Sequence record: OP778610
Source of the DNA: Escherichia phage W70
Length of the DNA: 64,000 nt
Strand: one strand, 5' to 3'
Positions within the stretch are counted from its first letter, which is position 1. The number at the start of each line of letters is the position of its first letter. The translations under genes and the position numbers were made by a program. Below are positions 55,958-64,000 of this stretch, piece by piece. Under the pieces are notes generated by a model, which was given only the letters and a program-made list of their open reading frames with translations, did no database searches and was not told where the DNA came from.

Positions 55958-57316
55958 TTACTGATTGTTGAAAATGCTCGGGAACTTCTCGTGATAGAAG
56001 TCTACAACATCCTGATCAACGATGATATCTTTTACTCGCAGACGCTTCATCAGGCGAAGACCTTCTACGGATGTGGCACGAGATAGCATGACGTAGGCTT
56101 GCCCAGGTGTAAAAGTACCAAAACCAAGATCAATATTTACTTTACCCAAGGTAAGACCCTGCGCTTTATGACCCGTGATCGCATAGCCTAACTTAAATGG
56201 GTACTGGATATACTCACCGATAGATTTATCGACAAGAACAGTTTTTTCAACCATCTTCTTGATCGTCTTTTTGGTTCCGTCAGGCATATCCACCTCTTCC
56301 TCTTCAAGCATCATCTTTTTCTCAGGTACTTGAGCAACGTTGTTCCATGTTGCAGGGCCGATTGGAACCATCTTGCCATCGATATCTACAACAACAAATG
56401 TTTTTGCGATACGACGAACAATACCGACTGTACCGTTGACATAATCAGGCACTTTCTTCTTCTGATCATTGTCGTTAACAACAATCATTACTTTAAGACC
56501 TTCCTTGAGAAAGAGTTTTTCATTAACTGGACGTTCAACAAACTCACCAGTGATACGGGCATTGAATTCATGCTGTTCAGCATTAATCTTTGCGTACTCT
56601 TTGTTGTTGATCTCTTCTGCCAGCTTGTTTGTGGTAGTTAAAGTTACTGCCCCGTCAAGTGGACGACCAAAGCAACGCTGGTTAAAGAAGTTAACAGCAT
56701 CAGGGATGTTTTTCCCGATACGAATATTGTTCAGGTGTTCTGCAAACACTGGATCACTTTGGCGATGAACTTTAGGAAGATAAGCATAGGTCAGATTCAA
56801 AGATTCCCAAGTTTCACACCCAAAAGGAATTTCTTTCCCGTGCAGTTCACGGAACAAAGGAACCTCTTCTTTCTTAAGTACAGGCTTGATCTGGAAGCCG
56901 TCACCAAACATGATGATCTGGAGTCCACCAAAAGGCTTATCGGATTTACGATGGTGGCGAAGTTTCATATCGATTTCTTTCAGTTTGTCACTTCGAGTCA
57001 TACCGATCTCATCGAACACGATACCATCGAGTGCATCAGATGCCATAAGCATAGCTGCCTTTTTAGATTTTGCCTTATAATCCTCGGAAGTTGTGACACC
57101 AAAGGTTAAACCAAACGCTTTATGAGTCGTAACACCACGGATGTTTAATGATGCCACGCCTGTTGGACCAACAAACAGAAAACTATCAGCAAAGAAGTCA
57201 CGCAGTGCTGCGATCATCATACTTTTACCACTACCACCAGGTCCGGTGATAAAAACGTTTTCCCCATTCATGATTGCTTGCATTGCCGCTTCGTTACCGA
57301 TCACTGTCTTAGTCAT
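55958..57316 (-). CDS. Dda/RecD-like superfamily 1 DNA helicase
   Basis: 452 aa; Walker A FITGPGGSGKS, Walker B-like GIVFDEIGM, C-terminal helicase motifs (GYAITGHKAQGLT, AYVMLSRAT). Confidence 0.75.
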   Translation of the reverse strand: MTKTVIGNEAAMQAIMNGENVFITGPGGSGKSMMIAALRDFFADSFLFVGPTGVASLNIRGVTTHKAFGLTFGVTTSEDYKAKSKKAAMLMASDALDGIVFDEIGMTRSDKLKEIDMKLRHHRKSDKPFGGLQIIMFGDGFQIKPVLKKEEVPLFRELHGKEIPFGCETWESLNLTYAYLPKVHRQSDPVFAEHLNNIRIGKNIPDAVNFFNQRCFGRPLDGAVTLTTTNKLAEEINNKEYAKINAEQHEFNARITGEFVERPVNEKLFLKEGLKVMIVVNDNDQKKKVPDYVNGTVGIVRRIAKTFVVVDIDGKMVPIGPATWNNVAQVPEKKMMLEEEEVDMPDGTKKTIKKMVEKTVLVDKSIGEYIQYPFKLGYAITGHKAQGLTLGKVNIDLGFGTFTPGQAYVMLSRATSVEGLRLMKRLRVKDIIVDQDVVDFYHEKFPSIFNNQ

Positions 57317-57506
57317 TATTTAGTTCCTCATATTCGTATGGGTAGATTTGATACTCTTTGTTGTCTTTTAGTGCGACGGCTGTAACACTTTCAACGTAAA
57401 AATCATCATCATAGTGTATTTCCTCAATTACGAGAATATCACCTTTCTTTGGATGATCATCACGATCACTGAAATCATTTAATAGCTTTATTTTTACGTT
57501 TTTCAT
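57309..57506 (-). CDS. hypothetical small protein
   Basis: 65 aa ORF. Confidence 0.4.
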   Translation of the reverse strand: MKNVKIKLLNDFSDRDDHPKKGDILVIEEIHYDDDFYVESVTAVALKDNKEYQIYPYEYEELNND

Positions 57507-57687
57507 ACAACATCTCCGCTGCTACAAGTGATAAGATCATTGCCATATACATCACAATAGAGGTCACACTGATTTGAATGAATAGTTCATCAGTAACATG
57601 ATTGAAGTAAACATTCTTTACATATCGAACCCCTATAAGCCAAAATGCCATCACCACAGCAAATGTTAGTATCATACGTTTTATCAT
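57475..57687 (-). CDS. small membrane protein
   Basis: 70 aa with two hydrophobic helices and a basic C-terminus; immediately downstream of the hydrolase. Confidence 0.45.
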   Translation of the reverse strand: MIKRMILTFAVVMAFWLIGVRYVKNVYFNHVTDELFIQISVTSIVMYMAMILSLVAAEMLYEKRKNKAIK

Positions 57688-58199
57688 TTCTTCTTCTCCT
57701 CTTTGTCTTTATAAAAGATGTGATTTTCTATGGTTACTGTTCTTTTTAGAAGTTTACGCCAAACGGGTTTAACCTTCTTCGTATGATAATACAGAGATCC
57801 ATATGTCGGGTCAAACCTTTTGTACAAAATCTCGTTATTTTTTAGCTTATGTACGAATTTTGATATACTAAGAGCACCCTCCCAAGAATCTTTATCTGTT
57901 ATATTATAGGAAGATTTGGTTAGTGTCCACGAGAACTGAGAGGCTTGATACACAACACCCTTCATAGTGGTTGGGAACTTATCATGCTTCATACGATTCA
58001 TAGTTACGAATGCAACAGCCATTTGACCATTGACCGTTTCTCCTCTCGCTTCCATATAAACATTGCAAGCTAAGGCATTAATAGAGTTATCCTTTTTAGT
58101 GCATTTGTGGATAACTTTCTGTGCTCTCTCTTTGGCATAAGTAACGCCTGGTGCCAGAGACAGAGTACAAATAAAACTATATAATACTAATTTCTTCAT
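57684..58199 (-). CDS. SleB/CwlJ-family cell-wall hydrolase with signal peptide
   Basis: 171 aa; N-terminal signal peptide, then NVYMEARGE...QMAVAFVTMNRM. Confidence 0.65.
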   Translation of the reverse strand: MKKLVLYSFICTLSLAPGVTYAKERAQKVIHKCTKKDNSINALACNVYMEARGETVNGQMAVAFVTMNRMKHDKFPTTMKGVVYQASQFSWTLTKSSYNITDKDSWEGALSISKFVHKLKNNEILYKRFDPTYGSLYYHTKKVKPVWRKLLKRTVTIENHIFYKDKEEKKK

Positions 58200-58245
58200 T
58201 TTCCCTCCAATTGAGGACCCAGCTTATCACTGGGTCGCTCTCTTG

Positions 58246-58632
58246 TCAACTACCTTCTGTATGCTTTTTAATTTGGTCAGCGATCCCTTTCCATAGGCCG
58301 TTAAGGAAAGGGTTGCTTGTGATTACCTCGCCTAACCAGGGGCCGTACAGGCGATATACGTAGTCATCTGTGATCGCATAGATACTTCCATCCCGTACAG
58401 CCAGTCCACGCACAAGAGATGTTGTTACACGACGGCCTGCGAATCCAGTTTTTTGATATTCAACTTCTGTATTCTCAATATAACCGACCAAATTCACAAG
58501 GTTTTGTGTCCCATCAATTGTAAAACCACACTTATTTTCAAGATCTTCTGAAATAGTGCTGATCCCTTCTAGTGAGAAGTTGCCACCGAACTTTAGGCCA
58601 TACTTAGCTGCAAGTTTATCGTGCGCTGTCAT
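58246..58632 (-). CDS. hypothetical protein
   Basis: 128 aa ORF. Confidence 0.5.
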   Translation of the reverse strand: MTAHDKLAAKYGLKFGGNFSLEGISTISEDLENKCGFTIDGTQNLVNLVGYIENTEVEYQKTGFAGRRVTTSLVRGLAVRDGSIYAITDDYVYRLYGPWLGEVITSNPFLNGLWKGIADQIKKHTEGS

Positions 58633-58823
58633 TTTACACTTTCCTTGATCAGTTGTTCAAAAGTTTCAACGGTCTGTGTGACATGTGCTGTACTTCCATC
58701 ACGGAAGACAACAACGGTACTTTCTTCCCCAAAATGATTACCTTCACGAAAGAGAAGAATCTCTTCTACTCGTAGTGCAACTTTAAGACCACCTTCACCT
58801 GCCAGATTTGCTTTTACGAACAT
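58629..58823 (-). CDS. hypothetical small protein
   Basis: 64 aa ORF. Confidence 0.4.
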   Translation of the reverse strand: MFVKANLAGEGGLKVALRVEEILLFREGNHFGEESTVVVFRDGSTAHVTQTVETFEQLIKESVK

Positions 58824-59014
58824 TATAAACCTCCCATGCTACGAAGAATAACATCTTTCATACGAATAAGGATTTCATTCTTATCCACTTCAGGAAAAAT
58901 TTCAACTAGTTTAATAAGTAAACTTCTTCCACTTTTGTACTCACCTGATCTTGCAAGGTGCAGGACAGTTCTTGCAAACTCTAACTCATCTAGAGGTACT
59001 TTTCCTTCAACCAT
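58823..59014 (-). CDS. hypothetical small protein
   Basis: 63 aa ORF. Confidence 0.4.
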   Translation of the reverse strand: MVEGKVPLDELEFARTVLHLARSGEYKSGRSLLIKLVEIFPEVDKNEILIRMKDVILRSMGGL

Positions 59015-59259
59015 TCCGCAGCCTCCTTTAAGTTATCAAACACCTTATAAGCAACGCCTGTGTATTCTGAATCCCAATCATCACTTGGATCATAATCCTC
59101 GTTAATTTCTTCCACATCCACATGATACTTACCTTCATAGTCTTTTTCAACAAGAATACGAAGATCGTGGTAGACAGAAGCTTCAATCTGATCGGCTATT
59201 TTGTCAAAGTAATCTCGATCTGTCATATCATACCCCGCAGCGTTGGAGGAAAGCCTCAC
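58990..59259 (-). CDS. hypothetical protein
   Basis: 89 aa acidic ORF; start probably at an internal Met to avoid overlap. Confidence 0.4.
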   Translation of the reverse strand: MRLSSNAAGYDMTDRDYFDKIADQIEASVYHDLRILVEKDYEGKYHVDVEEINEDYDPSDDWDSEYTGVAYKVFDNLKEAAEWLKEKYL

Positions 59260-59479
59260 AGATACATAAGAAATCTTCCCTTTCTATATTTTTGATATCC
59301 ATACCAATCTCTTTGAACAGTTTGGGAAGATCAAGAACCTTTGCGTCCTTGTGCAACTTAAAATAACCATCCTTGTCATAAGGGATCTTTTCAAGAAAGA
59401 GAATATCTGGATTATCAGAGCCTTTTGTTTTTGTTGCTAAGTAATCATAAATATCTTCACGAGGTACTGGCTTCTTCAT
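59228..59479 (-). CDS. hypothetical protein
   Basis: 83 aa ORF. Confidence 0.45.
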   Translation of the reverse strand: MKKPVPREDIYDYLATKTKGSDNPDILFLEKIPYDKDGYFKLHKDAKVLDLPKLFKEIGMDIKNIEREDFLCICEAFLQRCGV

Positions 59480-59480
59480 A

Positions 59481-59912
59481 TTATTCTCCTGTTAAATTTA
59501 ACTTGTCGCCTTTCCGCATTTCAAGAAAGGCTTTCAGATCTCCAAACTTGGTTTCAGCAAATGCAGAACCTGCCGGAGCTTTGTTATAATCCCAGTTATC
59601 TTTGGCCTCGTCAATATCACCATGTAGGTTCGTGAACTCATTTTTGAACTCGCGCACAGACCACTTGACAGAACGATGACGAGTAGGGATATAGTTGGAA
59701 ACAGAGGCATAACTAAGTCGCTTCTGAACCTCATCAATAATACCCTTTACCTTCAACTCGAACAACTTCCGAAACACGGGGTGGATAAGGTCGTCAGGGG
59801 CATCTACATACACACGAGTAAGCCCAGGGTGGTGATTGAAGCTGACCTCAATCTTGTTGCGACTCTTACCTTCCCGTACTGTTACCATATATTTACCGAT
59901 TTCAAATTTCAT
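59481..59912 (-). CDS. hypothetical protein
   Basis: 143 aa ORF. Confidence 0.5.
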   Translation of the reverse strand: MKFEIGKYMVTVREGKSRNKIEVSFNHHPGLTRVYVDAPDDLIHPVFRKLFELKVKGIIDEVQKRLSYASVSNYIPTRHRSVKWSVREFKNEFTNLHGDIDEAKDNWDYNKAPAGSAFAETKFGDLKAFLEMRKGDKLNLTGE

Positions 59913-59955
59913 CTATAAAGCCCTCTCTGTTTCCAATGAGGGCAGAATACATGAC

Positions 59956-60150
59956 TTACTCTACCGAGTCAACCGTTTCAACAAAGATAATCTTACCATA
60001 TTTCAGCTTTCGACGGTTGTCACCTTTGTGGGTGTGGACCACAGGGTTAAATGACCCAATATCATTGCAGTGTTTCCAGCCAGAACGGGTAGAAAACTGC
60101 TTAACGATAGCCGAAAAGTCTTCCGGCTTTAACTCAATCATATGCTCCAT
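59956..60150 (-). CDS. hypothetical small protein
   Basis: 64 aa ORF. Confidence 0.4.
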   Translation of the reverse strand: MEHMIELKPEDFSAIVKQFSTRSGWKHCNDIGSFNPVVHTHKGDNRRKLKYGKIIFVETVDSVE

Positions 60151-60188
60151 TACATCTCCTTTCGTGGTAAACTTCTTTACAAGATTAT

Positions 60189-60584
60189 TTACTCGTCAAC
60201 AACTTTCCAACTCCAAAGATAACCATCTTTAGGCATAGTTGAACCTTTAACAAATACGGTTGCGTTATAAAGATCATCTTCGTTCGGCAAATCTTCTAAA
60301 AGTTTAAACTCAATATTGTTATACTCATTATAGATAATTTGTGCACGAAGTCTCTTTCCTACTCGGACAGAACTAGTTTCTGATCGAATACATTCAATAA
60401 GGTAGCCCTTTTCATAAGAAACTTCTTCACGAGATACCTTATAAACCCTAACCAATGCAGGAAATTCTTTTTGTATTTTCAAAGCTGTATGCTGCGCTTC
60501 TTGTTCACTATCATAGCCTTTGAAAAATTTAAAAACTTCACCTTCCCACTTGATCCAGACTTCATATTCTTTTTCCATATTCAC
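60189..60584 (-). CDS. hypothetical protein
   Basis: 131 aa ORF. Confidence 0.5.
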   Translation of the reverse strand: MNMEKEYEVWIKWEGEVFKFFKGYDSEQEAQHTALKIQKEFPALVRVYKVSREEVSYEKGYLIECIRSETSSVRVGKRLRAQIIYNEYNNIEFKLLEDLPNEDDLYNATVFVKGSTMPKDGYLWSWKVVDE

Positions 60585-60587
60585 CTC

Positions 60588-60905
60588 TTAAGAAATAAGT
60601 TGGATTTTTGGACCTTTTTCTTTTTCTGCTTGACGCAGGCGATCACGAACATACAGTTCGATATCAGTTGGTCGCCACAATTCAACGATGACCACATCAA
60701 AACGATTTTCGTGAGCACCAGGTTGTTTATTCATGTGACTTGCCATCAGGTCTGCACTCTCTTGATCAGCAAATACAGCTTTCGCTACGATTGTTTTACC
60801 GTCTTCAGTTTGTCCCATACTCATGCTCGGGATGTTGTGACCTGCATCATTATCACGAATGGCAAACACAAGGGTAGTTTCAGCATTTTTCAGAAAGTCA
60901 GTCAT
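60588..60905 (-). CDS. hypothetical protein
   Basis: 105 aa ORF. Confidence 0.5.
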   Translation of the reverse strand: MTDFLKNAETTLVFAIRDNDAGHNIPSMSMGQTEDGKTIVAKAVFADQESADLMASHMNKQPGAHENRFDVVIVELWRPTDIELYVRDRLRQAEKEKGPKIQLIS

Positions 60906-61119
60906 TAATAATCTCCACGTCAGAATTGATATCAGTTTTATAAAAAAGTCCCAGAGTTTCTGCGACCTCTATGAAAACAGCATCTCCAGATACAACAGCA
61001 TCAGAAGTTGCGTATACTTTATTATAAATCGGTTGTCCTGTAAAGTCCCGATCGACAATATATTTAAACTTTTGGCCTTTCTTTACATCACGGGCCTTGA
61101 TCAGTTTAACATTAATCAT
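60898..61119 (-). CDS. hypothetical small protein
   Basis: 73 aa ORF. Confidence 0.45.
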   Translation of the reverse strand: MINVKLIKARDVKKGQKFKYIVDRDFTGQPIYNKVYATSDAVVSGDAVFIEVAETLGLFYKTDINSDVEIIND

Positions 61120-61807
61120 CGGTACTCCCTATTTGTAATGGTACAATACCTAAAGCTTCCAAGCCTGCCTCTACAACCTTACGATTTACAGAAGCTTCGA
61201 ACTCTGCTTGTGCTTTCGCCTTAACAACCTCGGAGTTTTCCTTAAACACGTTGATCGCATGTTGAGTGATATCCGGCAGCTTTGAATGAACACGAGTGAT
61301 CTTATTCTTAAGTTCAGTCAATTCTTTCTTTGTTGCCTTACCTTTCTCAATAAGTTGCTGGACTTCAATTACGGCTTCCAGATGGTCCTTTAAAAGATCT
61401 TTTAAGTCTTTATCCACGTTCAAGCCGATCATGTCAGAACTATTTTGTTGTCCCTCAATGCCAGGAACATATCCATCGCCCTTGATATATCTTAATGTAA
61501 TTGGTACGCCTTGTCCACTATGAGATGCAACTAACTCTGCCCATTGGTAAGATGTTAATTCAATCTCAATGATACGAGAGTTTCGTGACGTATAATAAGA
61601 CGGCAAACCATAAGAGATCTCCTGGTATGCGGTATCAATACGTAAACAAACACGTTGATTGTGGGTAGTATCTGATCCGAACATTTCCACATTCCCACCA
61701 GTTGGGTGAGTGATTGATGCCAACCCATAAGCTGGATGTGTCTGGATTACACGTTCAAATACCCCAGCTTCAGACAATTTTACTTCGGGCTTCATTACGT
61801 TTCTCAT
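61112..61807 (-). CDS. hypothetical protein
   Basis: 231 aa ORF with a predicted coiled-coil C-terminal third. Confidence 0.5.
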   Translation of the reverse strand: MRNVMKPEVKLSEAGVFERVIQTHPAYGLASITHPTGGNVEMFGSDTTHNQRVCLRIDTAYQEISYGLPSYYTSRNSRIIEIELTSYQWAELVASHSGQGVPITLRYIKGDGYVPGIEGQQNSSDMIGLNVDKDLKDLLKDHLEAVIEVQQLIEKGKATKKELTELKNKITRVHSKLPDITQHAINVFKENSEVVKAKAQAEFEASVNRKVVEAGLEALGIVPLQIGSTDD

Positions 61808-61815
61808 AAAATCCC

Positions 61816-62016
61816 CTATTTTATTTTTACAATGTGTTTAGAAGTTCTTCGGATTCTTTGGGTCCTTGTCCAAGTTGGGTCAACATACTCTATTTCTGCC
61901 AGACCCTTACTCGGGATGATTCTGGTGATAATACCCTTAAATATAGTTTTACGATCGTCATATGTAAAAGCTACTTTGTCACCAACTTTGATCTCTGTAC
62001 CCATTAAATCTTTCAA
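61816..62016 (-). CDS. hypothetical small protein
   Basis: 66 aa ORF. Confidence 0.4.
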   Translation of the reverse strand: MKDLMGTEIKVGDKVAFTYDDRKTIFKGIITRIIPSKGLAEIEYVDPTWTRTQRIRRTSKHIVKIK

Positions 62017-62020
62017 ATCA

Positions 62021-62245
62021 TCAACCCCGTCTTTCTTTCAATTCCTGTAAGAACAACTCATCAGCAAGATTATTTAAACTTTCTGCCAGATTGCGAGCTT
62101 GTTCACGAGTGACACGAATACCAACAGAATCACAACCTTCGCGATCACAATAGTCAATACCGATTAGGATTTTACCTTTTTCAGTTGAAGGCGTAATATT
62201 AATTTCTGCCTGATAATCTACGCCAATGTCCTGGAATGTCATCAT
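62021..62245 (-). CDS. hypothetical small protein
   Basis: 74 aa ORF. Confidence 0.4.
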   Translation of the reverse strand: MMTFQDIGVDYQAEINITPSTEKGKILIGIDYCDREGCDSVGIRVTREQARNLAESLNNLADELFLQELKERRG

Positions 62246-62399
62246 TTTGTGTATACCTCTTGTATTTCTGCGATTAATGTTTCAGAGGAACTGGCAATCT
62301 CTGCTCGGACTTCCTCTGCTTTTTCTTTGTCTTCAAATAAGGTTGGATGAATTTGAGCATCCTCTCCACAATACAGACACAGTATAGCATAATACTTCA

Positions 62400-62762
62400 T
62401 TACTCGTTACCTTTTTCTTCTTCATGCGGTTTAACAATAATCTCTTCAATAATCTTAGGGTCAATGCTTTTAGTATACATAAAAGTATAAAGCGCCGTTT
62501 TCAAAGATGCACGTTTACCATAGTAATGATCTGTGATGCCATTCTGTTTTGACAGTTTATGAATCTCCACTATTTTACTTTCAACTTCTTCGTTGGAGAT
62601 CTCTATATACTCGACTGCTGACATGCGTTCGATAAATATTGCATTAAGACCGTATAACTTGGCATCTCGCTCCACGTACTCTTTAAATCGCTGCCACTCT
62701 ACCTCATCTTTGATAAGGTCTGCGATCTTAAAGATTACTGGATGTTTGTGTGATTCAGTCAT
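62400..62762 (-). CDS. hypothetical protein
   Basis: 120 aa ORF. Confidence 0.5.
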   Translation of the reverse strand: MTESHKHPVIFKIADLIKDEVEWQRFKEYVERDAKLYGLNAIFIERMSAVEYIEISNEEVESKIVEIHKLSKQNGITDHYYGKRASLKTALYTFMYTKSIDPKIIEEIIVKPHEEEKGNE

Positions 62763-62817
62763 TTATTTCTCCTCGTTTGTTTTGATAGGGTCATATTACA
62801 TGACCCTTGATATAGTG

Positions 62818-63075
62818 TCAACTAAAAATTAAAGAAACAACGTGGTAAATTACTTGAGGGACGATGATCAGGAAGTACAGATCAACAAATCCCGAGAGAA
62901 AGTGATAAGCCTTCAGCTTTGTACGTTTACCTTTGTAAAAATCATAGATGATTTTGAAATATTTATAAAGATTCCTTAAAAGTCCAAAACCGATCAACCC
63001 CAATCCCGTAAGAACCACAACAAACAATGAAAACTGCACGTCCGCACTAAAAACACCAATAATAAGATCTAACAT
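62818..63075 (-). CDS. small membrane protein
   Basis: 85 aa with two hydrophobic helices. Confidence 0.45.
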   Translation of the reverse strand: MLDLIIGVFSADVQFSLFVVVLTGLGLIGFGLLRNLYKYFKIIYDFYKGKRTKLKAYHFLSGFVDLYFLIIVPQVIYHVVSLIFS

Positions 63076-63350
63076 TAAATTTCCTCCAAATCAGACTCTA
63101 CAATATAGATACCTGGTGAAACTCTATAAGCCCAAGTGTTAAAAGTACAAGAATACATAATTCCTTTTACTCTGTAAGTTTTATTTGCAAACTGGCTCAC
63201 AGGGTTAGTGACTTTCACCATTGTGTCACTTGCAAACTTTGGCATACCATGCTGTGAAATTGCTTCACGATCAATCTTATAAACATCTCTCCCAAAGAAC
63301 TTTTCCAGTGGGCAAAGATTATTCTCAAAATCAGTACCCATAGTCAACAT
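63075..63350 (-). CDS. hypothetical protein
   Basis: 91 aa ORF. Confidence 0.45.
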   Translation of the reverse strand: MLTMGTDFENNLCPLEKFFGRDVYKIDREAISQHGMPKFASDTMVKVTNPVSQFANKTYRVKGIMYSCTFNTWAYRVSPGIYIVESDLEEI

Positions 63351-63597
63351 TTCCTGTAATTACCGAAGTGCTTTTGGTTGTCTTGCCATTTGAAGTCTGA
63401 ACATGAGTATCTGCATGAGGGCAATATACTACATTTAGATTCACATGACTCGGACCAGATTCAAGACGATAAATCTTACAACCTGCCTTTTCCATTTCTT
63501 GTGGCAAAACATAACCGAAAGTCTTATCGACAGCCGACTTTTGATCACAACCAGAAATGAAACACAGCATAAAAATCGCAGCAATAATCTTTTTCAT
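63331..63597 (-). CDS. lipoprotein (putative)
   Basis: 88 aa; signal peptide with lipobox MKKIIAAIFMLCFISGC. Confidence 0.5.
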   Translation of the reverse strand: MKKIIAAIFMLCFISGCDQKSAVDKTFGYVLPQEMEKAGCKIYRLESGPSHVNLNVVYCPHADTHVQTSNGKTTKSTSVITGNVDYGY

Positions 63598-63944
63598 TTT
63601 ACCTCCATCATAAACACTTTAACTTTTCGTATCTCTAATCTTACTTTATTAGAGCCTTGAAGTCTATTTCTTTTTTCAACCGCATCATTAATATCACCAT
63701 AAAAGTAGTGATCCTTGCCTATTGTCGGTATTCCATTACCGCCTTGCATAGCCAGTGTATACATTTCCTTTCCACCTTGCAACCCTTTTGATACCTTTTC
63801 TTCAAAATATTTATTGAATTGGGTTGGTGAGGTATCAATCTTTGCATCTTCTTCCCATCCCATAACTTTATCCCAAAAACGGTCAATCTTGTCAAGAACT
63901 TTATTACTAATCTTTTTAATCTTCTTCAACATAATCTTCCCCAT
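63594..63944 (-). CDS. hypothetical protein
   Basis: 116 aa ORF; ATGA overlap with the lipoprotein gene. Confidence 0.45.
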   Translation of the reverse strand: MGKIMLKKIKKISNKVLDKIDRFWDKVMGWEEDAKIDTSPTQFNKYFEEKVSKGLQGGKEMYTLAMQGGNGIPTIGKDHYFYGDINDAVEKRNRLQGSNKVRLEIRKVKVFMMEVK

Positions 63945-64000
63945 TATTTATTTGGATACCGAAACGATTTTCGTTAGTGGAAAAGAAACCATTTTCCATG

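Noticed and set aside
1-64000. tRNA genes and integrase/attachment sites
   Set aside because: No cloverleaf-like sequence with a GTTC-type T-arm seen in intergenic regions, and no tyrosine or serine recombinase motifs; the window looks like lytic-phage core genome.
63945-64000. Partial - strand ORF at the window edge
   Set aside because: Only about 25 codons are visible and the frame overlaps the start of 63594-63944; cannot be assessed within this window.

Overview
The window reads as a contiguous piece of a tailed-phage genome (about 42-45% GC by eye), with two convergent modules meeting at a bidirectional terminator near 34.2 kb. The + strand (1-34167) is a morphogenesis module: large terminase, portal, scaffold, a lambda D/E-like decoration and capsid pair, two collagen-like fibre proteins, then a myovirus-style tail block (sheath, tube, frameshifted chaperone, tape measure, Mu/P2-like baseplate order, collar-domain and long tail fibres). 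The - strand (34216-64000) is an early/replication module: an SSB-like protein, a family A DNA polymerase, a T7 gp4-like primase-helicase, a Dda/RecD-like helicase, a SleB-type cell-wall hydrolase and many small unknown ORFs. The strongest finding is that the replisome genes are interrupted by three related group I introns, two carrying HNH homing endonucleases, each sitting in a catalytic motif (polymerase motif C, helicase Walker A, helicase motif H4). Other candidates for something new are a membrane protein fusing a superinfection-immunity-like domain to the phage's own tail-fibre repeats (with lipoprotein neighbours), a GHKL-ATPase-like plus C5-methyltransferase-like pair, and a tandem triplet of Glu/Asp-rich paralogues. 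All calls rest on reading the sequence and ORF translations by eye; no database search or structure prediction was run, and exact intron boundaries are inferred from motif alignment.
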